Source of the DNA: Candidatus Cloacimonadales bacterium
Lineage (GTDB): Bacteria; Cloacimonadota; Cloacimonadia; Cloacimonadales; JAFGVF01
Assembly: GCA_963678315.1 (NCBI GenBank)
Contig: OY782781.1
Coordinates: forward strand, 1,120,001-1,184,000
Direction of reading: 5' to 3'
Length of the DNA: 64,000 nucleotides
The stretch's first letter is position 1. Each line of letters opens with the position of its first letter. Below, piece by piece: positions 1-10,000 of this stretch. The position numbers were made by a program, and so were the translations under genes. The notes beneath the pieces were generated by a model, which was not told the DNA's origin, searched no databases, and saw nothing but the letters and a program-made list of their open reading frames with translations.

Positions 1-30
1 ACACACGAAAGAAAGTCTTAATTGCTTTTG

Positions 31-142
31 GCCACGGATAACACTGATAGTCACGGATAAATGAAAAGAAATGAAAAATGAAAAATGAACAATTAATAAT
101 TCTCAATTATCAATTATGAATTAGCTTTTCAGCCACGGATAA
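31..142. repeat. Short CAC(G/A/T)GATA-type repeats and AT-rich heptamer runs
   Basis: GCCACGGATAACACTGATAGTCACGGATAA at 31-60, GCCACGGATAA at ~132-142, AAATGAA and TCAATTA heptamer runs between them; related copies at 13061-13147. Confidence 0.55.
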
Positions 143-519
143 GCCCTAACGTTTAAACAACTAAACCTCTCAACTCTTACACATTTTCAACATTCTTAAA
201 TCTTCCTAATTAGTGTCATCTGTGTTCTATATTCACTATTTGTAAATAATTTAGTGATGTAAACATATAATATGAAACACTTTATAAAAGCTTGCTACAT
301 GTCAACTAAAATAAGCTATTGACAACTGTAATAGTTTATAAAATATAGCATTCTAATTTGTAAGGTTTTAGGTGCAGATATATAAGGAGATTGGTTTTTA
401 TTACTAATGTCGTAAACAAAGATTAGATTAATTAACATGTTGAGCATATTTTCGTAATCAATTAATTAAGTTTATTAACATTATTATGCTAGACTAGGGT
501 CTAGAAAGGTCTATAAAAT

Positions 520-1164
520 ATGGACAAAACAAGAAAAAGCAGTACAAAGAGTACAGACAAGAGGGGTGAATGTATGGGCAGAGAAGTGAAAGTAGGAATT
601 ATGGGCAACGATTGTTTAATAACAATTCAAGGGAATGACCAGTTAATCACAATTAAGGCAACATTAGGTGCAAAGTATCTAGAGTTTTTAGTAAAGAATA
701 GCAATAGGGCATTTTCTCCTATTAGATTACGTAATATTGTTCTTAATGGTATGGATTTAGGATTAGAGAGCCATGATTCAATAGATATTGGGCATAAGGA
801 TATTTCCTATAACTACCGTTGCTATGACTTCATTCCTTCTAGTGATTTCAAAACTATAAAGCAAGTAAGGGCTCAAATCAAAAAGATTAATCTTGAAATC
901 TTTGAAGCAACATGTAACAATGATTTAACTCGTGTTGAAGAACTTTATGATGAAGAGGAAAAACTAGAAAAATACCTTTCAGAGACTATTTCAATTAATG
1001 GGGTTATGAAGAATTTTGATAAGTCAAACCGTAAGGACTACTACTCAATCCATAGGGCATTGGAAAAGTCACTGCAAGATGTAGAAGCTGTTTCTGCTTA
1101 TGTTGCAAAACTACTGAGGGGATCACTGTCTTTTAAAATGAATGAGATAGTTTATAGGAAATAA
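520..1164 (+). CDS. Hypothetical protein resembling the C-terminal helical domain of large AAA/regulator proteins; start may be the later Met (MGREVKV)
   Basis: 214-aa ORF; pattern GAKYLEFLV...EATCNNDLTRVEEL..E...L..YL...HRALEKSL..V......L..SL; followed by hairpin ACAGGC-TGTGT-GCCTGT plus T run. Confidence 0.65.
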   Translation: MDKTRKSSTKSTDKRGECMGREVKVGIMGNDCLITIQGNDQLITIKATLGAKYLEFLVKNSNRAFSPIRLRNIVLNGMDLGLESHDSIDIGHKDISYNYRCYDFIPSSDFKTIKQVRAQIKKINLEIFEATCNNDLTRVEELYDEEEKLEKYLSETISINGVMKNFDKSNRKDYYSIHRALEKSLQDVEAVSAYVAKLLRGSLSFKMNEIVYRK

Positions 1165-1196
1165 TTTTTTATTACAGGCTGTGTGCCTGTTTTATT

Positions 1197-1470
1197 ACTG
1201 GATTGTAGCCATCCCTGGCTACGAAAAAATAAACTGGGATTGTAAGCTTCCTAGCTTACGAAAAAATAAACCTGGATTGTAGCCATCAGTTTTCCCTGAC
1301 ACAGTCCCTGGCTAAGAAAAATACCACACTTTGCGTAAGCATGAACTTTGTTCAGCCTATCGGCGGATGCTTACACTCCATCCCTGGCTAAGAAAAATAC
1401 CACACTTTGCGTAAGCATGAACTTTGTTCAGCCTATCGGCGGATGCTTACACTCCAAACCCAGCACGAAA
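1197..1470. repeat. REP/BIME-like cluster downstream of RAYT-1 (family A)
   Basis: GGATTGTAGCCATCCCTGGCTACG and GGATTGTAAGCTTCCTAGCTTACG hairpins; 47-nt GCGTAAGCATGAAC...GATGCTTACACTCC copies at 1333-1379 and 1409-1455 within a 76-nt tandem duplication. Confidence 0.9.
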
Positions 1471-1494
1471 AAATACTTTAATCTCTTTACGAAT

Positions 1495-2016
1495 TTAGTT
1501 GTTCCTAATGTAGTTAATAACATAATCAAGATGTTTTTCATTTCGTATAAACCTATCATAATAGTCTCTCATCCATACTTTACCTTTCCTATTTAATAGC
1601 TTATTGATTTTTGTTGAAGAATAGGATTTCCAAGTGTGAACAATGTTTGGAAGACTTACATTCTCATAAAGGCGGATAAGAACATGTACATGATTAGGCA
1701 TGATTTTATATTCAATTAGATCGTATTTTATATTTGCATAATATTTTAGAATAGTTTCCATTAGTTTTTGTATTTTATCTTGTTTTAACCAACAACAACC
1801 ATAACCTCTATCTTCAAAAGTAGCAATCTTGTTGTATAATATGCTTTTCTTCCAATTATCATCTTTATCTTTACCTAAGAATTCTATTTCTTCTTTCCAA
1901 ACAAAAATTATATCTTTAGGTACTGAATCGAATAGTCTAAATGTGATAAATTGACATAGACAATCTAAATCACAATGAGGTAAATAATTGTTATTATACC
2001 AACCCTTTGTTTCCAT
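1495..2016 (-). mobile_element. REP-associated tyrosine (Y1/HUH) transposase, RAYT-1
   Basis: Motifs YLPH, FITFRLFDS, MPNHVHVL (HUH), WKSYS, W.RDYYDRFIRN..HL..V.NYI (catalytic Tyr); REP clusters on both sides. Confidence 0.9.
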
Positions 2017-2089
2017 AGTATCTCCTTTATTAAATCAATATTGTACACTCAAATAGTTTTAGTCAAGATTTATTACTAGATTTTACTTT

Positions 2090-2402
2090 GCGTAAGCATG
2101 AACTTTGTTCAGCCTATCGGCGGATGCTTACACTCCAAGCCCAGCTTACGAAAAACACGAATCTGGATTGTAAGCTTCCTAGCTTACGAAAAATAAACCG
2201 GGATTGTAAGCTTCCCAGCTTACGAATCTATTTTGCGTAAGCATGAACGTTGTTCAGCCTGTCGGCGGATGCTTACACTCCAAAGCTAGCTTACGAAAAA
2301 ATAAACATGGATTGTAAGCTTCCCAGCTTACGAATCTATTTTGCGTAAGCATGAACTTAGTTCAGCCTATCGGCGGATGCTTACACTCCATCCCTGGCTA
2401 CG
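2090..2402. repeat. REP/BIME-like cluster upstream of RAYT-1 (family A)
   Basis: 47-nt copies at 2090-2136, 2235-2281 and 2343-2389 alternating with oppositely oriented GGATTGTAAGCTTCC(C/T)AGCTTACG hairpins. Confidence 0.9.
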
Positions 2403-2522
2403 AAAACCTACCTCATCGGCTACTATGAACTTTCTTTTTTGCATTTTAGCTTGCTTAATTCTTCCTTGGTTTCATAATTGCATTATTATATTTAGATTAA
2501 ATAATTTAAGGTAGGTGTATAT

Positions 2523-5219
2523 ATGAGACGACTTTTAATAGTATGTTTTCTTTTGTCCTTGACCATCTTGGTGGGGGAAAGTTTAAAAATAGAAGTGCCA
2601 AGTGAGTATTTTATTGATTCTATTGCTGAATTACAGAAGTTTAATCCTGATTTTGGTTCTACAACTTTACCAGGTTCTTACAAGCTTCCTGCTAAGCAAA
2701 TTAATATAGTTTTACCTCCAGCTGACCAAATAATAAACTATAATATTTTGGTCTCTAGCAAAAGTGATGTTAGTGACACTTTGCCTGAAATTAATTCTGC
2801 CTATAGTAATTCAGACACATTTCTTGATAATATAGCAAGTAGAGAAATAGATTCTCATTATCGCTTTAATGGTTTAAGGAAGTGGGGTAACTTAAGTTTT
2901 GCTTCCATTAATTGGATTCCTGTTCTCTATTCTGATGGCAAGTATGAGCTTGCAACCTCTTGTTCTATAGAAATTGAATATATTCCTGCTAGACAAGTGA
3001 ATAGAACAATTCTTAAAGAAGTTATTGATCCTGATTTCTTTGTGAATCCTAATGATATAGAAGAAAGCTATTACTTATCTAGAGATGTTTCTTACTTGAT
3101 TATAGGTCCTGAATCAACTCAATCTTCACTATCTGATTACCAAAGCTTTAGAGAGTCCCAAGGAATGACAACAGACTTTGTCTCTACTGAATACATTTAT
3201 GCTAATACAAGCTTTACTAATCCTGTTGAAGCAATTAGACATTTTTTGGTTAATCGTTATGGAGAAAATCCCTTTGCTTACCTGCTTTTAGTGGGAGATG
3301 TTGATGATGTGCCTGTAGCATATTTATCTGCTCAACCTGGGGCTTTTCAAGAGACTGCTAGTGATTTCTACTATTCTGATTTAACTTCTGAATTTGATTC
3401 TGATAACGATGGTATTTTGGGGGAATATTCAATAGATGGTGTTTCTCAAGATGCAGGAATGGACTTTACACCTGAAACATTTGTTGGAAGAATCCCTTAC
3501 ATTGAAGCAGATGCTTTATCTTCAATATTGAATAGAATCATTAATTTTGAATCTACTTCTGCATCATGGAAGGATGACGTGCTTATGCCTATGTCCTATC
3601 TAAATTATGCTAATGAAAACAATTCTCCTTATCCTATAAGTAACTACGCTGTGACAGGAGAATATCTTAAAGACACAAGTTTACGAAATCATACTGCTAT
3701 CGCTATGTACGAAGAAGAGGGGGTGGTTCCTTCTTCACCTCAATACCCTTCTGATATTCCTGTAACTTATGATAACATAGTTCAACAGCTAAATAATAAC
3801 AATTTTGGTTTTGTTTCTTGGGCAGGTCATGGTGCTCCAAGCTATTCAGTAAGAACTATTTGGTATGAAGATACTAACAATAATGGAATTCCGGATGGCT
3901 CAGAACTTGGAGGAGCTTATCTTGTTAATTCTGAAATGTGGAGTCAGCTCAATAATAACACGGGTTCTGTTTTCTTCTGTTCTTCCTGTAATAATGGTAT
4001 GTTAGACAATAATGAATCTTGCCTTGGAGAAGAATTAATTAGATATAAAGCTGTGGCTAATATTGCGGCTACAAGAACTTCTTGGTATAAGGTTGGTTGG
4101 CAAGATCCTGGTTATGGAGGCTTACAATCATATAATACCCATATCGTTGAATATATGTTTAATAATAACTACTCCTATGGTAAATCACAAGGCTTGGCAA
4201 ACTTCCTACATACAAACTTCTATCTCTTTGGTGATCCTATAGATTCGGATGGTATTATTCATCCAGAGTTGAAAAATATCTACACTCACCTTCTATTTGG
4301 CGATCCTGCTGTTAATTATCAAGCTGATGACCAAGCTTCTGATGGAGATATTCTTATTATGGATAGGTCTATTGATCAAAATGGGATTGCTTTAATTAAT
4401 GCCCTTAATGATAACTATAACTACAATATAATCTATTCTAACAAACTAATACCTGATTATGAGATGTATAATCGCTTTGAAGCTATCTTCGGACTTTCAT
4501 CCCATAGCGATGCTCTAAATGTTCCTCTTCTTAATTGGGAGGTTGATTTACTTAATGAATACTATAACAATGGTGGAAGAATCTACTTTGAAGATTTCTA
4601 TTATCTCCAAAACCAAATCTATAACGATTATGATATTTCTTCTTATGAAGTTTTGGTTGATATAAGTAATTCTCTCTCTCCTTTGAATGATTTACTGGGA
4701 AACTGGAATTATAATGGACTCTACAATCAAGTTACACCAATTTCTGCTAACGGAAGTCCTCTTCTAACTGATGGTACTCACAACTTTATGTATCTTCTAG
4801 AAAATGGTGATAGCAAGATAATAGTTTCTGCTGTCGATTTGATAGGTTTCTTGAATGAAGCAGATTATTCGAACTTTACATCCCTAATTGATCTTATGGA
4901 TATCCAGCAAACTGTTGCTAATGACAACTCAAATATAGAATCTGTAGATTTAGCTGTTTCTAACTACCCAAATCCTTTTAACCCTGAAACTACTATCTCA
5001 TTTAATGTTGAAAATCAGCAACATGCTAAACTAGAAATCTTTAATTTAAAAGGACAAAAGGTCTATTCTACAATTAAAGATAATTTAACTTCTGGAAGGA
5101 ATACTATTGTCTGGAAAGGAAACAATAGTGAAGGTAAAAAAGTGTCATCAGGCTTGTATTTCTATAGATTAAATGTAGGTGGAAAGAGTGTAAACGGCAA
5201 GATGATGATGGTGAAATAG
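2523..5219 (+). CDS. C25 (gingipain-like) cysteine peptidase with T9SS-type/FlgD-Ig C-terminal domain
   Basis: Signal peptide; YLLLVGD, SDFYY, VGRIP, WAGHG (His), SSCNNG (Cys), LLFGDP; C-terminal NYPNPFNPETTI...SSGLYFYRL...KMMMVK. Confidence 0.9.
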   Translation: MRRLLIVCFLLSLTILVGESLKIEVPSEYFIDSIAELQKFNPDFGSTTLPGSYKLPAKQINIVLPPADQIINYNILVSSKSDVSDTLPEINSAYSNSDTFLDNIASREIDSHYRFNGLRKWGNLSFASINWIPVLYSDGKYELATSCSIEIEYIPARQVNRTILKEVIDPDFFVNPNDIEESYYLSRDVSYLIIGPESTQSSLSDYQSFRESQGMTTDFVSTEYIYANTSFTNPVEAIRHFLVNRYGENPFAYLLLVGDVDDVPVAYLSAQPGAFQETASDFYYSDLTSEFDSDNDGILGEYSIDGVSQDAGMDFTPETFVGRIPYIEADALSSILNRIINFESTSASWKDDVLMPMSYLNYANENNSPYPISNYAVTGEYLKDTSLRNHTAIAMYEEEGVVPSSPQYPSDIPVTYDNIVQQLNNNNFGFVSWAGHGAPSYSVRTIWYEDTNNNGIPDGSELGGAYLVNSEMWSQLNNNTGSVFFCSSCNNGMLDNNESCLGEELIRYKAVANIAATRTSWYKVGWQDPGYGGLQSYNTHIVEYMFNNNYSYGKSQGLANFLHTNFYLFGDPIDSDGIIHPELKNIYTHLLFGDPAVNYQADDQASDGDILIMDRSIDQNGIALINALNDNYNYNIIYSNKLIPDYEMYNRFEAIFGLSSHSDALNVPLLNWEVDLLNEYYNNGGRIYFEDFYYLQNQIYNDYDISSYEVLVDISNSLSPLNDLLGNWNYNGLYNQVTPISANGSPLLTDGTHNFMYLLENGDSKIIVSAVDLIGFLNEADYSNFTSLIDLMDIQQTVANDNSNIESVDLAVSNYPNPFNPETTISFNVENQQHAKLEIFNLKGQKVYSTIKDNLTSGRNTIVWKGNNSEGKKVSSGLYFYRLNVGGKSVNGKMMMVK

Positions 5220-5258
5220 TGTCATAATTGATAATTGATAAGGCTGGCTGTGTGTCAG

Positions 5259-5683
5259 CCTTCTAGAAAAGTAAAATTACAGGTGATAGGAAGGCGAGCG
5301 CCTGGCTCGCATCATATCTTGCAAACTCGATGTTTGTGAGATATGAAGATATATTTACAAAAATATGTTAAAGAGTAATTTTATCCTTCCAGAAAAGCAA
5401 AATTACAGGTGATAGGAACGCGAGCGCCTGGCTCGCATCATATCTTGCAAACTCGATGTTTGTGAGATATGAAAATATATTTACAAAAATTTGTTAAAGA
5501 ATGAATAAAAAACTTCTGCATCTAGCAGAAGCTTTTTATAGCGCACCAGGCGTACGCGATCCATCCTTCTAGAAAAGTAAAATTACAGGTGATAGGAACG
5601 CGAGCGCCTGGCTCGCATCATATCTTGCAAACTCGATGTTTGTGAGATATGAAGATATATTTACAAAAATATGTTAAAGAGTA
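5259..5683. repeat. Family B direct-repeat/REP array upstream of RAYT-2
   Basis: Three ~120-nt units starting ~5259, 5385 and 5565 with core GGAA(C/G)GCGAGC-GCCTG-GCTCGC and hairpin TCTTGCAAAC-TCGAT-GTTTGTGAGA. Confidence 0.9.
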
Positions 5684-5717
5684 ATGTCGGTTTTAAAAGC
5701 TACAAAAGAGGCGAATT

Positions 5718-6245
5718 ATGGATGAATCCAATAAGGGGTGGACTTCTAGAGGGTATCTACCACACTATGATATGTACGATACAATACAATTTATTACATT
5801 TAGACTATATGATTCTCTTCCTTATCAACTAATTGCAAGTTGGAAAGAGATAATAAACTCAAATAATTATAAAGGTCTTAGCAGGCAAGAAATTCGTAAA
5901 AAGAAAATTCTAGTTGAAAAGTATGCTAGAAATGGCTATGGACAGTGCTTTCTAAGACATGAAAAGTGTGCTAATATCGTGAAAAGCCATATTCTTTTAG
6001 GTAATAAAAAAGATTATGAATTATTCGAATATGTCATCATGCCAAACCATGTTCACGTTTTAATCAGAACTCTTGATACAAGCAATTTATCAAATATTGT
6101 AAGAAGGTGGAAATCTAGAACAGCTCATGAAATAAATTATGTATTAAAGCGTAAAGGAAGTGTTTGGATGCATGGTTATTATGATACTTATATCCGTAAT
6201 AATGAACATTTAAACCATGTTGTTGAATATATTAGAAATAATTAG
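5718..6245 (+). mobile_element. REP-associated tyrosine (Y1/HUH) transposase, RAYT-2
   Basis: SRGYLPH, FITFRLYDSLP, MPNHVHVL, WKSRTA, W.HGYYDTYIRN..HL..VVEYI; clear paralog of 1495-2016. Confidence 0.9.
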
Positions 6246-6263
6246 AATTAGAAATTTAATGTT

Positions 6264-6566
6264 TGAATAAAAAGCTTCTGCATCTAACAGAAGCTTTTTA
6301 TAGCGCACCAGGCGTACGCGATCCATCCTTCCAGAAAAGTAAAATTACTGGTGATAGGAAGGCGAGCGCCTGGCTCGCATCATATCTTGCAAACTCGATG
6401 TTTGAGAGTTGTAGGATAGTTCTTTGCAATCTAATATTAAAGAGTAGTTTTTATCCTTCCAGAAAAGTAAAATAACTGGTGATAGGAACGCGAGCGCCTG
6501 GCTCGCATCATATCTTGCAAACTCGATGTTTGAGAGTTGTAGGATAGTTCTTTGCAATCTAATATT
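6264..6566. repeat. Family B direct-repeat/REP array downstream of RAYT-2
   Basis: Two units starting ~6327 and ~6455; 6264-6407 repeats 5502-5646 almost exactly. Confidence 0.9.
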
Positions 6567-6651
6567 GTTATTTTGCATTTGAAAAAGGGCTAATTGTAAT
6601 TTGTAAATATTAACGAAAAACAAATAAATTGTAAAAAAGATAAAAAACTCA

Positions 6652-6681
6652 TTGACAAAGAAAAATAAATACTACTATAAT
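6652..6681 (+). promoter_or_regulatory. Sigma70-type promoter for giant surface protein 1
   Basis: TTGACA (6652-6657), 18-nt spacer, TATAAT (6676-6681). Confidence 0.6.
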
Positions 6682-6707
6682 AGCACTAGAATAATAAGAG
6701 AAAAAGT

Positions 6708-7015
6708 ATCCTTGTTATGAAGTGTAGTTAGCTATAAGAGAAATTAGACACACCACACTACATACAAAAAGGCTGATAACAACGATTAACAGGATATGAA
6801 TGCTGATTGATTGAATGAATTTAGTGAGTTCCTTATGGATTACATCACCACAGTAATTCTAAGATGACAAAAGAGCTAATAACAATGATTTCAATCAAGA
6901 TGTTGAAAAATATTAACACTATAGTAGAGAGAGAAAATGGAAGACTAAATATAGTGTTCGATTACTTCACCACGGTAATCGTTCACTCTGTTTTTACAAT
7001 TCATTCTATACTATA
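6708..7015 (+). ncRNA. Candidate structured 5' leader: three long hairpins carrying CACCAC at the apex
   Basis: CACCAC at 6751, 6846 and 6968; GGATTAC-ATCACCACA-GTAATTC and CGATTAC-TTCACCACG-GTAATCG; outer stems TATCCTTGTTA/TAACAGGATA, TTGATTGAA/TTCAATCAA, TATAGTA/TACTATA. Confidence 0.5.
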
Positions 7016-7061
7016 TTTAAAAAACTTATATAACATTTAAGCATGTTATGGGAGAATTTAA

Positions 7062-10000
7062 ATGAAGAAAAATTATTTAATGGTTATTTTACTACTATTA
7101 TGTGTAGGCTTTATGTATGCAGACCAATTAGAATTAACAGGCTCTGCATATGGTGCGGATAGTAATCCCACTGAAGTAACAATTGATATTACTGGCCTTC
7201 CTGCTGGTGCCACAATTACTGATTTATTAGTTACTACAGTCTGGGGAAACTCAACATATATTGGTTCTTGGTATGATGTACATTTAGAAATAAACGAAAC
7301 TTCTTATCCTAGTGTTGGTTTATTAACCGACCAATCTTACTCTGATATAAATGGTACTGTTTTAACAGGCCATAGCGTTAGAGCTTATACTGAAGATCTT
7401 GATGATTATGCAGATTCAAGTACTTTATATTTAACTGTAAAAGTTGAATATACACCTGCAGCTGGAACACCTGAAGCTCCAATTTTAACATTACCTGCTG
7501 ATGGTGCTCTTAACCAAGAAATTACAGGTTCTCTTGAATGGACAATTGGTGCAGATACAGATACAGCAACTTTATATATTGCAGATAATGCTGATTTCAC
7601 AGATGCTGATATGTATGCTGCAGCTACATCTCCATATGCCTATAGTGGTCTTGACTTAAATACAATGTATTACTGGAAAGTTGTAGCTATAAACAATGGT
7701 TCTGGAATCGAATCTCAATCATCAGTTTATTCATTTGCAACAGAATATGGCACTGCAACAGTACCTTATACTGAAAACTTTGATTCTTATGATGATGGCG
7801 ATTTACCTGATGGATGGAGTATTTTTAATAATTCAGGTTCTGCTTATACTTATACTGAAGTTGAGACTGGATATAGCGTATCAGGTTCAAATTCTTTTAG
7901 AATGTATAATTCTTCTTATACATCTTCTGATATCATTGCTTCTACACCAAGAATGCAAACAAATGGTAACAGAGTAAAATTCAGTGCTAAGGGATCATCT
8001 GATGGTACTATTCTTTATGTTGGCACAATGACAGATCCTTTAGATAATACTACATTTACAAGATTAGATTCTATTAGTTTAACAACTACACATACAATTT
8101 ATACTGTAAATCTATCAGATGTAGATGCAGTTGATTATGTATCATTTAAACATGGTCATGGTTCAACTTACAGCTATATATATCTTGATGATGTTTTAGT
8201 TGAAGAAGCTCCTCAAGGAACTCAAATTACTATATCACCTGAAGAAGCAGATTGTGGACATTATTTGCAAGGTGCTACAATAGCTGATTCTGTAATGGTA
8301 ACAGTTTCAAACACTGGTGGAACAACTGCTACTATAACAGAAATTTCAGTAGCTGACTTAAATAATTTTGCAGTTTCTTATACCTTTGCTGTGCCTTATG
8401 AACTTGAGGCTGGATCTAGTTTTGACGTATACGTTAAAACTAAATCAGATTACGTTGGAACACATGAATCAAACTTAGTTATCAAAGAACAAGATCCTGC
8501 TAATCCAATTGTTCCGATAATTCATAATGCAACTATTTTAAGTCAAATTTTAGACTCAACAGGTAATGATCATAATGATCCGTTTGTGCTTACTATAGCT
8601 GATTCAATCTTTGCTGAAGGTAATTCATCTGCTTATGATGATAATTATGATTTTGATTCTTCAGCGTCTGTTGTTTATAAACTTACTTTAGCTCAAGATA
8701 AATTAATGATCATCTCTTTTGAAGGTTCTAGTTTTGATACTAAAATGTGGGTTTTCAATTCATTCGATCAAATTGATACTGCAACACAAAATTCTGATGC
8801 ATGGTACTACAATGATGATGAATCAGGTTCAGGTACTGGCGGAAGATTTGTTGAAGGTCCAAAAACCAGAGATAGAGCAACTTGGTCAAGAATGGACCAA
8901 ACTTTAGCTGGCGCAGGTGATTATTACATAGTTCTTGCTGGTTATGGTACTGCATCAGGTGATTATCAACTTCATGTAATGTTAGAAGATATTCCAGCTC
9001 CTATGCAAGCTACTAACCCTAGCCCAGAAGACGATGCTATTGACCAAGCTACTAGCCTTACTCTTGAATGGACTAATGCACAATGGACATCTATGAATGA
9101 TATCTATTTTGGTACTGTTGGTAATATGACACTACTTGACGAAAATATTGACGTAACTGAAGAGTACTTAGTTGAAAACTTAAGTCCAACTACTGAATAT
9201 GAATGGAAAGTTGTTTGTAAAAACCTTAATGGTCAAACTCCTGCTGATTCAGTAGCAACTTGGTCATTCACTACAGTTGGTCAAGCTCCTGAAGCTGCTC
9301 AATACTTATCTCCTGATAGTTTAGGAACTGATGTTTCTTTATCTGGATCTTTGACTTGGGAAGCAGCAACTGGTGCTGATGGATATTATGTATATCTTTC
9401 AACTGATGAATTCTTCTCAGGTGTAACTCCTGAAGATGTAAACACAAACTCTTATGCATACACTAATTTAGACTATGATACCAGATACTTCTGGAAAGTT
9501 GTTCCATACAATGTTGTTGGTTCTCCTACAGAAGGAATTGAAGTATGGCAATTCGAGACTATGGCATCTCCTTTCCCTGAAGCTGATATAGTTTTTGATG
9601 GTGAAAGATCAACCGGTCAAAGTATGCCTATAGAACCATATTTTGGTTATACAATGACTCAAAATATCTATGCTCAAGAAGAAATTAATGTATCTGATTC
9701 AGCTATTAACTCTATTAGCTATCTCTACAACAATAATTCTGCTTGGTCAGAAACAATAGAAATTTATGCAAAACACACAACAAAAGATACTTTTGCTGAT
9801 ACTTATGATTGGGACCTAAATGGCTTCACTCAAGTTTACAGTGGAACTATGACAGTTGATACAACTAACCCTATCGTTACAATCGACTTTGATACACCAT
9901 TTATCTATAATAATACAGATAATCTATTAATTATGTTCTTTGCTACTGAATCTGGATATAATTCAGGCTCAGATGAATTCTATAACTATTCTGTAGAAGG

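Noticed and set aside
1197..2402. CRISPR array or ORF 1348-1596
   Set aside because: Irregular spacing, alternating orientation and repeated spacers fit a REP/BIME cluster; the ORF is translated repeat sequence overlapping the RAYT antisense
5259..6566. CRISPR array
   Set aside because: Units are ~120 nt with repeated rather than unique intervening sequence, they flank a RAYT gene, and no cas genes are in the window
6263..6623. ORFs 6263-6475 and 6345-6623 (also 46566-46840)
   Set aside because: Translations of repeat arrays
6708..7015. T-box, fluoride, glycine or c-di-GMP riboswitch
   Set aside because: No T-box TGGNACC bulge, no GGAGA/GAAG glycine core, no GEMM motif; GCTGATAAC only loosely resembles the fluoride 3' motif and the 5' part is missing
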